Positions 46,906 through 56,292 of a stretch of DNA of 64,000 nucleotides are shown here, piece after piece. Source of the DNA: an uncultured Candidatus Saccharibacteria bacterium (GTDB lineage: Bacteria; Patescibacteriota; Minisyncoccia; Phycocordibacterales; PALSA-1337); assembly GCA_964481175.1 (NCBI GenBank), contig CAYZSZ010000001.1:1602-65601 (forward strand), given 5' to 3'. The notes under the pieces were generated by a model, which was not told the DNA's origin, ran no database searches, and was given only the letters and a program-made list of their open reading frames with translations. Position numbers and translations under genes: made by a program. Within the stretch, counting starts at the first letter, position 1. Each line of letters opens with the position of its first letter.

Positions 46906-48183
46906 TTAAATCAAATCCAAGTACTCCCCATACCCCAATTCTTTCATTCTCTCTTTTGGGATAAATCTTAATGCAGCAGAGTTCATACACCACCGCTTTC
47001 CTCCTTTGTCCTGTGGTCCATCATCAAATACATGTCCAAGATGTGAGTCAGCGACAGCAGAACGGACCTCGGTGCGTTTTGTAAACAACGTATTGTCTTC
47101 GTGGAGAGTGACTGCTTTTTCTGAAATAGGTTTTGTGAAAGAAGGCCAGCCAGTTCCTGACTCGTATTTGTCTTTTGATGAAAATAGGGCTTCACCAGAA
47201 ACAATATCTACATATATTCCCTCTTCATGGTTGTCCCAATACTCATTTTCAAACGGTGGCTCCGTGCCATTTTCTTTTACTACATGATACTGGAGCTCGG
47301 TGAGCCCAGAATGTTTTTTAATGTATTCATTTCTTCCCGAAGCATTGCGGTAATATGTGTAGCGAACTGGATTCTTTTCATAATAGTCCTGGTGATAGTC
47401 TTCGGCTTTATAAAAAACAGGTCGTGGGAGGATCGGTATCGGTAGTCCTTTTGCTACTTCACGGGCGATCTTTTCTTCTTCTTTATTTCCAAAATATATT
47501 GCTGATGAGTACTGTAGTCCCCGATCGACAAAAGAGCCGGTCGTATCGTTTGGATCTGCGTGAGTCAAAATATGCTCGACTAGTTTCCGGTAATTTATCT
47601 TTGTAGCATCGTAGTGCACTTCGACTACCTCTCGGTGGCCTCCTGCTGCATAGTTTTCATATGTTGGATTAGCTGTGGTACCGCCAGCGTATCCAGAGAT
47701 GACATCTCCGACTCCACGTAGTTTTTCAAAATCTGCTTCGACACACCAAAAGCACCCACCAGCAAAGAGTGCTGTACTGTCAGCTGTCACTATTTCTTGT
47801 GTTGTTTCTGGTTTGTCTTTCCAAATATGTAGATAGACCCCGGCATAGTGGACGACAACATAGAGAAAGAAAATGTAGCCGACAACACAGGTGATCACAG
47901 TGAGTGCGACTGTATTTATGATTTCATTTCTGCGACGCTTTGCTTCATCGATCGTACATATTCCCTTTTTTCTCCTGAAATAAAGAAACAAAGCGATCAC
48001 CATGGCGATGAGTCCCGCTATACGAAAGACCCATTTGTAGTCTCCATACAGTGTGTCAGCGAGAGAGGTGGCAAAGCCCAATGTGCCGATACCAAACACA
48101 ACTAGAATCACCGGAGAAAGACAGCAGAGTGAAGCGATGATGACTGGCACAGAACTTATTTTGAGGATTTCTTTGATATTCAT
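46906..48183 (-). CDS. msrAB: membrane-anchored methionine sulfoxide reductase MsrA-MsrB fusion with MerT-like N-terminal domain
   Basis: N-terminal TM domain with vicinal Cys '[10 protein letters not shown]'. MsrA '[11 protein letters not shown]'. MsrB C-terminus '...[13 protein letters not shown]'. Confidence 0.8.
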   Translation of the reverse strand: MNIKEILKISSVPVIIASLCCLSPVILVVFGIGTLGFATSLADTLYGDYKWVFRIAGLIAMVIALFLYFRRKKGICTIDEAKRRRNEIINTVALTVITCVVGYIFFLYVVVHYAGVYLHIWKDKPETTQEIVTADSTALFAGGCFWCVEADFEKLRGVGDVISGYAGGTTANPTYENYAAGGHREVVEVHYDATKINYRKLVEHILTHADPNDTTGSFVDRGLQYSSAIYFGNKEEEKIAREVAKGLPIPILPRPVFYKAEDYHQDYYEKNPVRYTYYRNASGRNEYIKKHSGLTELQYHVVKENGTEPPFENEYWDNHEEGIYVDIVSGEALFSSKDKYESGTGWPSFTKPISEKAVTLHEDNTLFTKRTEVRSAVADSHLGHVFDDGPQDKGGKRWCMNSAALRFIPKERMKELGYGEYLDLI

Positions 48184-48272
48184 GTGGTAAGTATAGCACT
48201 GTTGACTTTATGTAAAGACAATGTCATAATCCGCCTGTTAGTCAACAAAAACCAAGAGAAAGAGAGTTCTAG

Positions 48273-48869
48273 ATGTCCTTTAACATCAGAAACGTTCAAT
48301 TCGTGTTCGCACGTCACGGTCAGGCCGATCCGGCGAAAATCGGACAGCAGGACCAAGACCGGCCGCTCAATGAGACGGGAATCGAACAAGCAAAAAGCCT
48401 GGAGCGAATGCTTGTGAACATGGTCTTCGACCTCGCGCTCATTTCGCCGACGAACCGCAACTGGCAGACTGCAGAGATCGTGCTCGAAGACATGCGGCCT
48501 GAGATGATGGAACTGGAAGCCCTCCTCAATCACCAAGACGGCAGTGTCAACGCCGACATCAAAGCGATGTATGAGGAGCTTGGGCACTCCACTCTCCGTG
48601 CCTACCTCAGGCACCCAAAGGCAGAGGCGCTGCGAAGTTTTGCTGAGCATGCGGCTCGTGAAATCGAAAGCGAAGTCGCTCTTCGGGCAGACGAGGCCAC
48701 AGCGTTTGACGTCTTCGTCTCCGGCAATAGCGTCCTCATGAACGCGATCATCAGCGAGATGTTCCCCACCTGCGCCGCAAACGTACTCGACTTCGTCTTT
48801 ACCGAGGGCGGTGCGGTCAAGATCAGTGTCGACCATCATGGTGATGCGACGTTCATCGTCGTGAACTGA
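48273..48869 (+). CDS. histidine-phosphatase superfamily protein, SixA-like (copy 1)
   Basis: 'VQFVFARHGQADP...DRPLNETGIEQAKSL...LALISPTNRNWQTAEIV' parallels SixA 'VFIMRHGDA...RPLT..G...LISPFLRAEQT'. GC-rich. Confidence 0.55.
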   Translation: MSFNIRNVQFVFARHGQADPAKIGQQDQDRPLNETGIEQAKSLERMLVNMVFDLALISPTNRNWQTAEIVLEDMRPEMMELEALLNHQDGSVNADIKAMYEELGHSTLRAYLRHPKAEALRSFAEHAAREIESEVALRADEATAFDVFVSGNSVLMNAIISEMFPTCAANVLDFVFTEGGAVKISVDHHGDATFIVVN

Positions 48870-48903
48870 TCTACGGTTCGGAGCACTCCTCAAGCTTCAA
48901 CGA

Positions 48904-48936
48904 CCCATCATGTCTCTGACCTCTGGTGGGTTTTTC
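48904..48936 (+). terminator. terminator after SixA-like copy 1
   Basis: CCCATCA-N13-TGGTGGG stem followed by TTTTT. Confidence 0.5.
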
Positions 48937-49013
48937 TATTATTGACTCACAAGGCGAATTATAGTAAAAAGATGTAGTTAGTAAACAGAACCAAAAAGAA
49001 GAAAGGTAGTCTT

Positions 49014-49637
49014 GTGACACGATTCTACAATTGCACATTGGTATTTGTCCAGCACGCCCAGGCAGCATCGGGCAGCGACGACAGAACGCGCATTCTCACC
49101 ATTGGAGGGCGGCGACAGGCTGTCGCGCTCATGGAGAGACTTGGTGGACTGAGGTACGACTTTGTCGTCATCTCACCTACGAACAGAGCCCGGCAGACCG
49201 CGGGCGCTCTCGCGGGCGACATTGAGACGACGAGAATCATCGAGATCAAATCGATGTACGGAACCTTGGTTCCGGCCGATCACCGAGATCTGTTGGGGAT
49301 GTTTGGGGATCTTGGTTACGACAGGCCTCTGGCGGATTATTTCAGCCACAGGCATAACCCTGCCCTGCGCCGACTCTCCGAGCAATGCGTCCTCGACATC
49401 CGCCAGGATCTCGGCGACGCAGTTGCTGGCAGAAACCTCTTGTTTGTCGGCCATCCTGGCCTGTTGAGCGGATTGATTTACAACATGTTCGACGAAGGCG
49501 CAATTAAAACCCTTGCCCTCACCCACGTTCTTGGCGAATGCGGAGCGATACGCATCGACACCGACGGCCAAGGCGAAGCAGTCGCTGAAGTCGTCGCACA
49601 GGGCCGCGTCGAAACAGTCACGGCAGTCGTGCACTGA
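49014..49637 (+). CDS. histidine-phosphatase superfamily protein, SixA-like (copy 2, degenerate RHG -> QHA)
   Basis: Paralogue of copy 1 ('LVFVQHAQAAS...ISPTNRARQTAGAL'). The same 3' tail 'TACGGTTCGGAGCA.TCC.CAAGCTTCAA' and a terminator follow both copies. Confidence 0.5.
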   Translation: MTRFYNCTLVFVQHAQAASGSDDRTRILTIGGRRQAVALMERLGGLRYDFVVISPTNRARQTAGALAGDIETTRIIEIKSMYGTLVPADHRDLLGMFGDLGYDRPLADYFSHRHNPALRRLSEQCVLDIRQDLGDAVAGRNLLFVGHPGLLSGLIYNMFDEGAIKTLALTHVLGECGAIRIDTDGQGEAVAEVVAQGRVETVTAVVH

Positions 49638-49672
49638 CAAGTACGGTTCGGAGCATTCCACAAGCTTCAAAA

Positions 49673-49710
49673 CCCCACCACGTCGGAAGACCTGGTGGGG
49701 TTAGTTTATT
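49673..49710 (+). terminator. terminator after SixA-like copy 2, shared with convergent gene
   Basis: CCCCACCA-N12-TGGTGGGG stem followed by a T-rich tail. Confidence 0.5.
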
Positions 49711-50615
49711 CTGATTAGGCTTTTTTCTGAATCGATTTCAATAACTGCTCCGTCTTTTATTATTTTACTTGCTACTTTTGTTTCTGTAACAAAAGGTTTT
49801 CTGAAAGCATATACGCTAGCGAAAATGGCGATGTCAGCGTGACTCGTCACCCCTCCCTCATCCGTCACGATCCCCGCAGCTTTGTGAAGTATTGGTAGGT
49901 AGAGGGGTGTGGTCATGGGAGCGACGAGGATGTCGCCTTCGTTTAGTTTGTGAAAGTCTTTGGGTGAGAGGATGATTTTGGCGATGCCTTTTACATTGCC
50001 TTTGTAGGCCACGTTCCCTTTTATTTCTTTTACCCGCTCCACTACTTCTTCGACATACTCAAAATTATTTTTCTTTAAAAACTCATCCCATGAAAGCGGA
50101 ACATAGGTACCAGAGTGAAATATAAAAGTATCTGGTACCGGGACATGTTCGACGGCTTTGTAAAAAGGCTCGAGTGCGGCATCGACGAGCTCGCGGTATA
50201 TGCGGCAGCGATTTATGATCTCTTCACTTCGATCTGTCTGTATATCAGCACTCCACATATTTGAAATATAGTATGGGACAACTGCGTGGACGTAGAGTCG
50301 GGCAAAACAATCGACGAGTTCGGGGATACTTACTTTGTCGTGCAGCTTTTGCTTGAACTGTTGTATCAAGTCTTTGCAAACATCAATATTGGTTTTAAAT
50401 GCATCCGAGTACGCATAGGCAAACATCAATGGTTTTAGCCGCGCATGCTCCTCTTCTGCTCGGATAGAGTCCATCCGCTCACCATCATACTTCATGATGT
50501 AGTGCTCGTACGCATCACCGATGAGGTCACGGAGATATTTTGTCTGAGCCAAAGAGGCTGCTTCAAACATCGGTGGAGCTATGTATCGAGTGCCCATTTT
50601 CTGAAGGCGGATCAT
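49701..50615 (-). CDS. PEP-utilising-enzyme mobile (phosphohistidine swivel) domain protein, divergent head-less paralogue P1
   Basis: C-terminus 'GDILVAPMTTPLYLPILHKAAGIVTDEGGVTSHADIAI...' aligns with the swivel domain of P2-P5, but it lacks the 'AREMKIPCV' block. Confidence 0.55.
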   Translation of the reverse strand: MIRLQKMGTRYIAPPMFEAASLAQTKYLRDLIGDAYEHYIMKYDGERMDSIRAEEEHARLKPLMFAYAYSDAFKTNIDVCKDLIQQFKQKLHDKVSIPELVDCFARLYVHAVVPYYISNMWSADIQTDRSEEIINRCRIYRELVDAALEPFYKAVEHVPVPDTFIFHSGTYVPLSWDEFLKKNNFEYVEEVVERVKEIKGNVAYKGNVKGIAKIILSPKDFHKLNEGDILVAPMTTPLYLPILHKAAGIVTDEGGVTSHADIAIFASVYAFRKPFVTETKVASKIIKDGAVIEIDSEKSLIRIN

Positions 50616-50728
50616 GAAATAAATATAGCATTTTATTGATAGGCTTGAGGGGCTTGAAGTATTGCATTATATGTGTTATAGTTTTTTCCGAACAGCAACA
50701 ACAGCACCCCAAACCTTAGGAGTACCAA

Positions 50729-51172
50729 GTGAATCCCAGCAAACCCTGTAAAATTCTTTGTGTTTGTCGCGGCAACGCCGACCGCAGTCCAGCAATGGCT
50801 ACTATCCTGGATTTGTTCCTGACGCGTGCCGGCGCTAACGTCATTTGTGACAGTGCCGGCCTGACTGAAAATGCTGCCAATGGTGGCCCAGCGCCACGGC
50901 ACGTGGTGACCGCAGGCAGGCGCATCGGAATCGACCTGTCGAGACACCGCCGCAAGCACATCAACTCACTGACTCTCACAAGCTACGACCTCATCATCAC
51001 GGTGGATGACGAAGTCGCATCTGTGCTCGTCAAGGCAGGTGTGCTGCCAAGAATGATCTACAACGCGAACATCCCGAACCCTTGGCCCGTTCAGTTCCAG
51101 GAGGACTATGACCAGACGTTTGGCCTGATCCTCGCCACCATGTACCGGGTGGTCAGTCGTTACTACCCGTAA
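50729..51172 (+). CDS. LMW protein-tyrosine-phosphatase / ArsC-like family protein
   Basis: P-loop 'ILCVCRGNADRSP' (C-X5-R-S). No clear DPYY general-acid motif. GC-rich. Confidence 0.55.
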   Translation: MNPSKPCKILCVCRGNADRSPAMATILDLFLTRAGANVICDSAGLTENAANGGPAPRHVVTAGRRIGIDLSRHRRKHINSLTLTSYDLIITVDDEVASVLVKAGVLPRMIYNANIPNPWPVQFQEDYDQTFGLILATMYRVVSRYYP

Positions 51173-51228
51173 GCGCAGCAATCGCCTGCAGCACGCAGCC
51201 CGACCAGACGAGTTCTGGTCGGGCTGAA

Positions 51229-52293
51229 CTATTTTATTATCTTAACAACTCCAGTATTAGCATCTACTTCAACTAGGTCTCCGTCTTTAAATACTTGCGT
51301 GGCGATTTTAGTATTCGTAACACATGGTATTTTCATTTCTCGAGCTACGATGGCTGCATGGCAAAGAATACCTCCAGCGTCAGTCACAAATGCTGCTGCC
51401 TGTTGCATAATAGGTAACCACTCTGGTCGCGTCATTGTAGTCATGAGAATCTCTCCAGGTTGAAACTTATTACAATCTTCATCTCTAAAGATAATTCTTA
51501 CCCTTCCCTGAACTAAGCCGGCAAAAGCCTTTGTACCCTTAATCTCGACTGTTCCGTCTTTTACTTCAGTAATTCTTGAAATCAGTTCCCTGGCCACTTT
51601 TCCCACAAATAGTTTTGCACCTTTACTATCAGTATAAGAAACAGAGTACTCGTATCTTTCTTTAAGATTATTATAATCTGGCAATGTTCCATTCTGAATG
51701 TAGTTTTTGAACTCATTTAATGACAACGCCTGGAGATACGCTTCGTTTATATTTTCTTTTTGACTGATCAAGCTAAACACGGCACAAATATATTTCTCTA
51801 TACTTGAGTACATGTGCTCTGTGTCTTTACGGGCTTTCTCAAAAAGAGCTAGTACTTCTATTTTTCTCTGTTCATTGCCCTCAATACTTTTAATTTCATT
51901 TGAAGCCCAAATCGGCACTAGAAAGTGTGGAATTAACTTCAAGTGCAAACTCACAAATTTTTCAAATTCTTCAGCCGAAGGGATCTTTGCATCTATGCCT
52001 ATGATTTTATCTATTTCGTTTTGAATTCTACTAAGTTCAGCTACTGATTTTTCTGCATACCCTGTCAGAATAATGGAGTTTTTTGCCAGAGTCATTGCAA
52101 CCTCTTTAGTTTCAGATTCTATTCTAAAAAGTGTAACTAGACCATTTTCATACCTGAATAGTATGTGCTCAAACCCAGCACCGACTTCCTTTTTCATTTC
52201 AAAAATGTACTCTTTTGCGAAAAGCTCTATCGAAATAGCAGAATATTTTGTAGTCCAGATCTTTACCCAATTTTGTTTTTGTATATTTTCCAT
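51229..52293 (-). CDS. PEP-utilising swivel-domain protein, head-less paralogue P2
   Basis: Unique ~260-aa N-domain. C-terminal 'GEILMTTMTRPEWLPIMQQAAAFVTDAGGILCHAAIVAREMKIPCVTNTKIATQVFKDGDLVEVDANTGVVKIIK'. Confidence 0.65.
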   Translation of the reverse strand: MENIQKQNWVKIWTTKYSAISIELFAKEYIFEMKKEVGAGFEHILFRYENGLVTLFRIESETKEVAMTLAKNSIILTGYAEKSVAELSRIQNEIDKIIGIDAKIPSAEEFEKFVSLHLKLIPHFLVPIWASNEIKSIEGNEQRKIEVLALFEKARKDTEHMYSSIEKYICAVFSLISQKENINEAYLQALSLNEFKNYIQNGTLPDYNNLKERYEYSVSYTDSKGAKLFVGKVARELISRITEVKDGTVEIKGTKAFAGLVQGRVRIIFRDEDCNKFQPGEILMTTMTRPEWLPIMQQAAAFVTDAGGILCHAAIVAREMKIPCVTNTKIATQVFKDGDLVEVDANTGVVKIIK

Positions 52294-53289
52294 TTATTTT
52301 ATTACCTTTACTATACCAGTATTCGCATCTACTTCAACTAGGTCTCCATTTTTGAGGAGCTGAGTCGCTTTTTTGACCCCTACCACACACGGTATTTTGA
52401 GCTCTCGAGAAGTAACCGCGGCATGGCTGATCACTCCACCGTGCTCGGATACGATCGCGCCTGAGATTTTCATAATGGGTAAAAGATCCGGTGTGGTAGT
52501 CGATGCAACGAGTATGTCTCCCTGCTCGAAAGTGTGCATGTCTTTTCGAGAGTTTATGATCTTCACTCTACCTTTAACCTTTCCGGGAAAAGCGACTTGC
52601 CCAGTCAGATCTTGCCTTTCCTCATTTGGATATTCAAAATCAAATTCGGCACAGACATCGTCCCAGGTATCATACAACCTATTATTTGTATATGCGTATC
52701 CAGCTAATCTTTTTTCTAAAACTTCATCACTTGGCAATCTGTCAGATAAAATCTCACTTAGTAAAAGTACATTGGCGTACTTGATTTTTTCTGGATATAT
52801 TTTCTTTGCAGAATTTCTAAAGACAGCAAAGCAACCTGGTGCAAAATATTCTGTATACTTTCGCATTTCGAGCAGTGCGTCAAAAGGAATACCTCGCTTT
52901 TCTCGGTACTCGATCGCCCACCACATATAGGCGATCCATGGGTAAAATATTTTGAGCTTATCGATAAAATCCTTGAACTCCTCACGTGACAAAGCTTTTT
53001 CTTCTCTCAGTGCGGTTTCTATACTTGGATAGTATGTTCGAATCTGCTGAATCGCGTATGCCTCATCATCATACTTGCCCGCTTGCTCACGTAGCCACTT
53101 TAGACCATCTGTATTACAAAAATAGTACGACAGCTTGCCATCGTTGCGACAAACGATGAAAGGCTGCACTAAAAATTCTTCTGTGCTCCACGGAAATCTT
53201 TTTGACCCCTCAAGCTCATGATGAATCTCGGTAAAACTGAGTGGTACGTCAAGATGGACTAGTTCTTCAATTTTGAGCTTCTTTTTCAT
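52294..53289 (-). CDS. PEP-utilising swivel-domain protein, head-less paralogue P3
   Basis: Unique N-domain. C-terminal '...GDILVASTTTPDLLPIMKISGAIVSEHGGVISHAAVTSRELKIPCVVGVKKATQLLKNGDLVEVDANTGIVKVIK'. Confidence 0.65.
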   Translation of the reverse strand: MKKKLKIEELVHLDVPLSFTEIHHELEGSKRFPWSTEEFLVQPFIVCRNDGKLSYYFCNTDGLKWLREQAGKYDDEAYAIQQIRTYYPSIETALREEKALSREEFKDFIDKLKIFYPWIAYMWWAIEYREKRGIPFDALLEMRKYTEYFAPGCFAVFRNSAKKIYPEKIKYANVLLLSEILSDRLPSDEVLEKRLAGYAYTNNRLYDTWDDVCAEFDFEYPNEERQDLTGQVAFPGKVKGRVKIINSRKDMHTFEQGDILVASTTTPDLLPIMKISGAIVSEHGGVISHAAVTSRELKIPCVVGVKKATQLLKNGDLVEVDANTGIVKVIK

Positions 53290-54302
53290 TACTTTAAAAT
53301 TTTCACGACTCCAGTATTCGCATCTACTTCAACTAGGTCGCCGTCTTTGAGGACTTTGGTTGCTATTTTGGTGCCCACAACACATGGCACCTTGAGTTCT
53401 CGACTTGCGATCGCTGCATGGCACGTTGCCCCACCTTCATCTGTCACGATTGCACCTGCAATTTTCATATATGGAACGTAATCTGGGTTAGTCATTTCAG
53501 TTACAAGAACATCGCTTGGTTGTATCTTTGAAGCGTCAGCTTTTACTCGAACAATTTTGACAGTACCTGTGACCTTACCAATCTGTGCTGGTCTTCCTTT
53601 TATCTCGACAACCTGTTCTGCTTTCACCACCTCTAAAGAAAGACCTTGATCAGTTAATATTTTTTCTAGTTGATCAAGTGGAAAAACTCTACGATTAAGC
53701 ATAAAACAACCTTGCAGGCGCTCGAAGACTTCTGGCTTTTTGCCTTTTGCTATTGAAATAGCCTCTTCTGGCAAGAGAACAGAGACAAACTGTTTATATT
53801 GCGGATAATAGTTATTCCAAAACTCTACATATAACTTATTTGCTTCCTCAGAATATTTCTCAGCTTCGATACGACGATCGAGGGTCTCTTTTTTAAAATC
53901 TGCTGGTGCATTTTCACTATCTGGTACACCGAAGACAGTATTCATGGCTGACCACCACTCAACAAGAAGTGAATAATACTGAGCTAACTCATCTGCATTT
54001 GTAATCTTTTTTTCTTGTTTGAGATACGGAGAAAGCTGTATCCAACTTTCATCTAGCGTCTTTATTATTTCTGATTGAAAAGAAGGCTCAGTGACTTTTA
54101 CTTTTAAAAGCGACTCGATCTCTTGTAACTCGATTTGAGAATACCAGACCGAGCCTTTTTGACCCTCAGGTGAGACGATAAATAAATTGTTTTTTACTTC
54201 GTGGTTGAGAAAGCGTTTGTAACCCAAACGATCACTGTCATTCCACATTGTGAAATAGAACAATGTTTTTTCCCGAGAAAAGATGTTTGATAAAGTGATC
54301 AT
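53289..54302 (-). CDS. PEP-utilising swivel-domain protein, head-less paralogue P4
   Basis: Unique N-domain. C-terminal '...SDVLVTEMTNPDYVPYMKIAGAIVTDEGGATCHAAIASRELKVPCVVGTKIATKVLKDGDLVEVDANTGVVKILK'. Start overlaps the P5 stop (ATGA). Confidence 0.65.
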   Translation of the reverse strand: MITLSNIFSREKTLFYFTMWNDSDRLGYKRFLNHEVKNNLFIVSPEGQKGSVWYSQIELQEIESLLKVKVTEPSFQSEIIKTLDESWIQLSPYLKQEKKITNADELAQYYSLLVEWWSAMNTVFGVPDSENAPADFKKETLDRRIEAEKYSEEANKLYVEFWNNYYPQYKQFVSVLLPEEAISIAKGKKPEVFERLQGCFMLNRRVFPLDQLEKILTDQGLSLEVVKAEQVVEIKGRPAQIGKVTGTVKIVRVKADASKIQPSDVLVTEMTNPDYVPYMKIAGAIVTDEGGATCHAAIASRELKVPCVVGTKIATKVLKDGDLVEVDANTGVVKILK

Positions 54303-56284
54303 TTTATTATCCTAACTATACCCTTTTCTGCATCAACTTCAACTAAGTCTCCGTCTTTAAATACTTGTGTGGCAATCTTGGTGCCTATCACACATGGTTT
54401 TTTCATTTCACGAGCAATGATCGCTGCGTGACATGTTATACCTCCTTCATCAGTTACAAACGCGGCAGCCTTTTTCATCGCTGGCACCATATCAGGTGTA
54501 GTCATTGGTGATACAATAATCTCACCTTCTTTTGTTTGATCAACTTGGTCTTTTCTTTTTACTATCCTAACCACGCCGCGCACATTTCCTCGGTAGGCAC
54601 TCTGTCCTTTTATTCCGTCTTCGGTTTGTTCTCCACTATCGATAATAAATTTGAACTCAGGAAATTTCTTTACCAAATCACCGAAACTAATTACACCGAC
54701 AAACAAGCCAGGAACAAGCGCAAAGCCTGTATCTCTTTTTTCAAGCTCTGTTTTGTCGATCTTTACGCCAAGCTCCTCCCGAGTGACATATACAGATAAA
54801 TAACCAAAATCAGGGTATATATTATTGAGTGCTCGTGTGATTGCTGCATTACACTCTGCGAAGAAAACATCTTTCTCTCTAAACTCGCTCGCCAACTTTT
54901 GATACTCCGCAGGAACTCTCTGGTCGACAAGCGCCGTATAGAGGATTACAAAATCAGACACACCCGCGTACACAAGCTCAACAAAAGAGTTGAGCTCTTC
55001 GAGAGTTTTAATATCTTTTTTCCACCATTCTTGAGCCTGAGCAAGTATCTGAAAATACCTTTTGTGGACAGCTGGAAAAAAATCTTTGTCTGAAATAAAT
55101 TTTTCTACAAGAATATCAACAAGCCACTGATTTGTTTTTACATTTTCCCAGACTTCTTCGACTCCATCTTTCATGAAATAAAGATATGGAGAGCTATGTG
55201 GGTACTCTTTGAGATCTAATTTCTTTATAATGCCCTCTCTATTTGCAGTGATCCATGCCTGCTGCATGATGATTGAAAAGTTTCGGGTGTATGCTTTGAC
55301 GTATGTTTCTCGTTCTTCCTGTTCTAGAGATACTTGCCTGGGACTCAATGTCGTAATCGGTCGACTTTGCACGACATAGAACTCACCTCCTTCATATGCC
55401 CACTCGATATCGCATGGAAAGCCGTAATGCTTTTCGATGTTTAAAATAATTCCTGAAAGCTCGAGTATGCCTGCTTCGTTGAGTACTTGTGAGCTCGCTT
55501 TTGGCTCGGCGATATCTTTCCATTCATTTCCTCCACCTTCTACACGATATAATGCGCGCTCCTGTGTAGAAACATTGATATCGATAATCTTTCGTGGTTC
55601 CTTTTCTACTACATAGCTATCCGGTGTCACCGATCCAGAAACGATCGCCTCACCCAAGCCAAAACCTGCTTCGATGATGAGCTGATTGTAATCCTCAGTC
55701 ACTGGGTGTACTGAGAAAGCGATTCCTGAAACTTCAGAGTTGACCATCTTTTGGACAACAACGGCTACAGAGATCTTTGTGGTGTGTAGTCCTTTTTCAA
55801 AACGATAGAAGATGGCGCGTGGAGTAAAGAGTGATGCCCAGCAATGTTTTACTTTTTCCAAAAGTCCGTCTTTTGTAATATTCAAATAGCTCTCGAGCTG
55901 TCCTGCCCAGGCATGTTCTTTTCCATCCTCTGCTGTTGCTGATGATCGTACTGCAACGTATTTTGTGTCGAGTGCAGCAAAGGCCTTTTCAATATCTGCT
56001 TCGATATCTTTTGGCATGTCTTTTGAGAGGATGAGCTCTTTTATCTTTTCGCTCGCAGCCTCTACGGTATGGATCGCTTTGTGATCGACTGACTCGAGGA
56101 TGGCATCGATCTCCTGCACGAGATCTGTTTCTTTTATAAATTGTTCAAATGAGTTTGAAAGCACCACAAAGCCGGGCGGTACTGGTATGCCTGCTTGAGA
56201 CATCTCCCCGAGCGACGCACCCTTACCTCCTGCTATATCTGCATCTGTTTTTGATAGTTTTGAAAAGTGTCGTACGAGTTCCAT
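54299..56284 (-). CDS. PEP synthase-like / rifampin-phosphotransferase-like three-domain protein (ATP-grasp PPDK_N head + central domain + swivel His domain), P5
   Basis: N-terminus 'LSKTDADIAGGKGASLGEMSQAGIPVPPGFVVLSNSF' is a PPDK_N/PEP-synthase nucleotide-binding domain. C-terminus 'GEIIVSPMTTPDMVPAMKKAAAFVTDEGGITCHAAIIAREMKKPCVIGTKIATQVFKDGDLVEVDAEKGIVRIIK'. Confidence 0.75.
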   Translation of the reverse strand: MELVRHFSKLSKTDADIAGGKGASLGEMSQAGIPVPPGFVVLSNSFEQFIKETDLVQEIDAILESVDHKAIHTVEAASEKIKELILSKDMPKDIEADIEKAFAALDTKYVAVRSSATAEDGKEHAWAGQLESYLNITKDGLLEKVKHCWASLFTPRAIFYRFEKGLHTTKISVAVVVQKMVNSEVSGIAFSVHPVTEDYNQLIIEAGFGLGEAIVSGSVTPDSYVVEKEPRKIIDINVSTQERALYRVEGGGNEWKDIAEPKASSQVLNEAGILELSGIILNIEKHYGFPCDIEWAYEGGEFYVVQSRPITTLSPRQVSLEQEERETYVKAYTRNFSIIMQQAWITANREGIIKKLDLKEYPHSSPYLYFMKDGVEEVWENVKTNQWLVDILVEKFISDKDFFPAVHKRYFQILAQAQEWWKKDIKTLEELNSFVELVYAGVSDFVILYTALVDQRVPAEYQKLASEFREKDVFFAECNAAITRALNNIYPDFGYLSVYVTREELGVKIDKTELEKRDTGFALVPGLFVGVISFGDLVKKFPEFKFIIDSGEQTEDGIKGQSAYRGNVRGVVRIVKRKDQVDQTKEGEIIVSPMTTPDMVPAMKKAAAFVTDEGGITCHAAIIAREMKKPCVIGTKIATQVFKDGDLVEVDAEKGIVRIIK

Positions 56285-56292
56285 GGTGATAT

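Noticed and set aside
48180-48893. 237-aa minus-strand ORF antisense to SixA-like copy 1 (also 49173-49670 antisense to copy 2)
   Set aside because: The plus-strand ORFs carry a recognisable RHG/His_Phos pattern and are paralogous with their own terminators. The GC-rich DNA yields long antisense ORFs by chance. Kept as an alternative only in would_refute.
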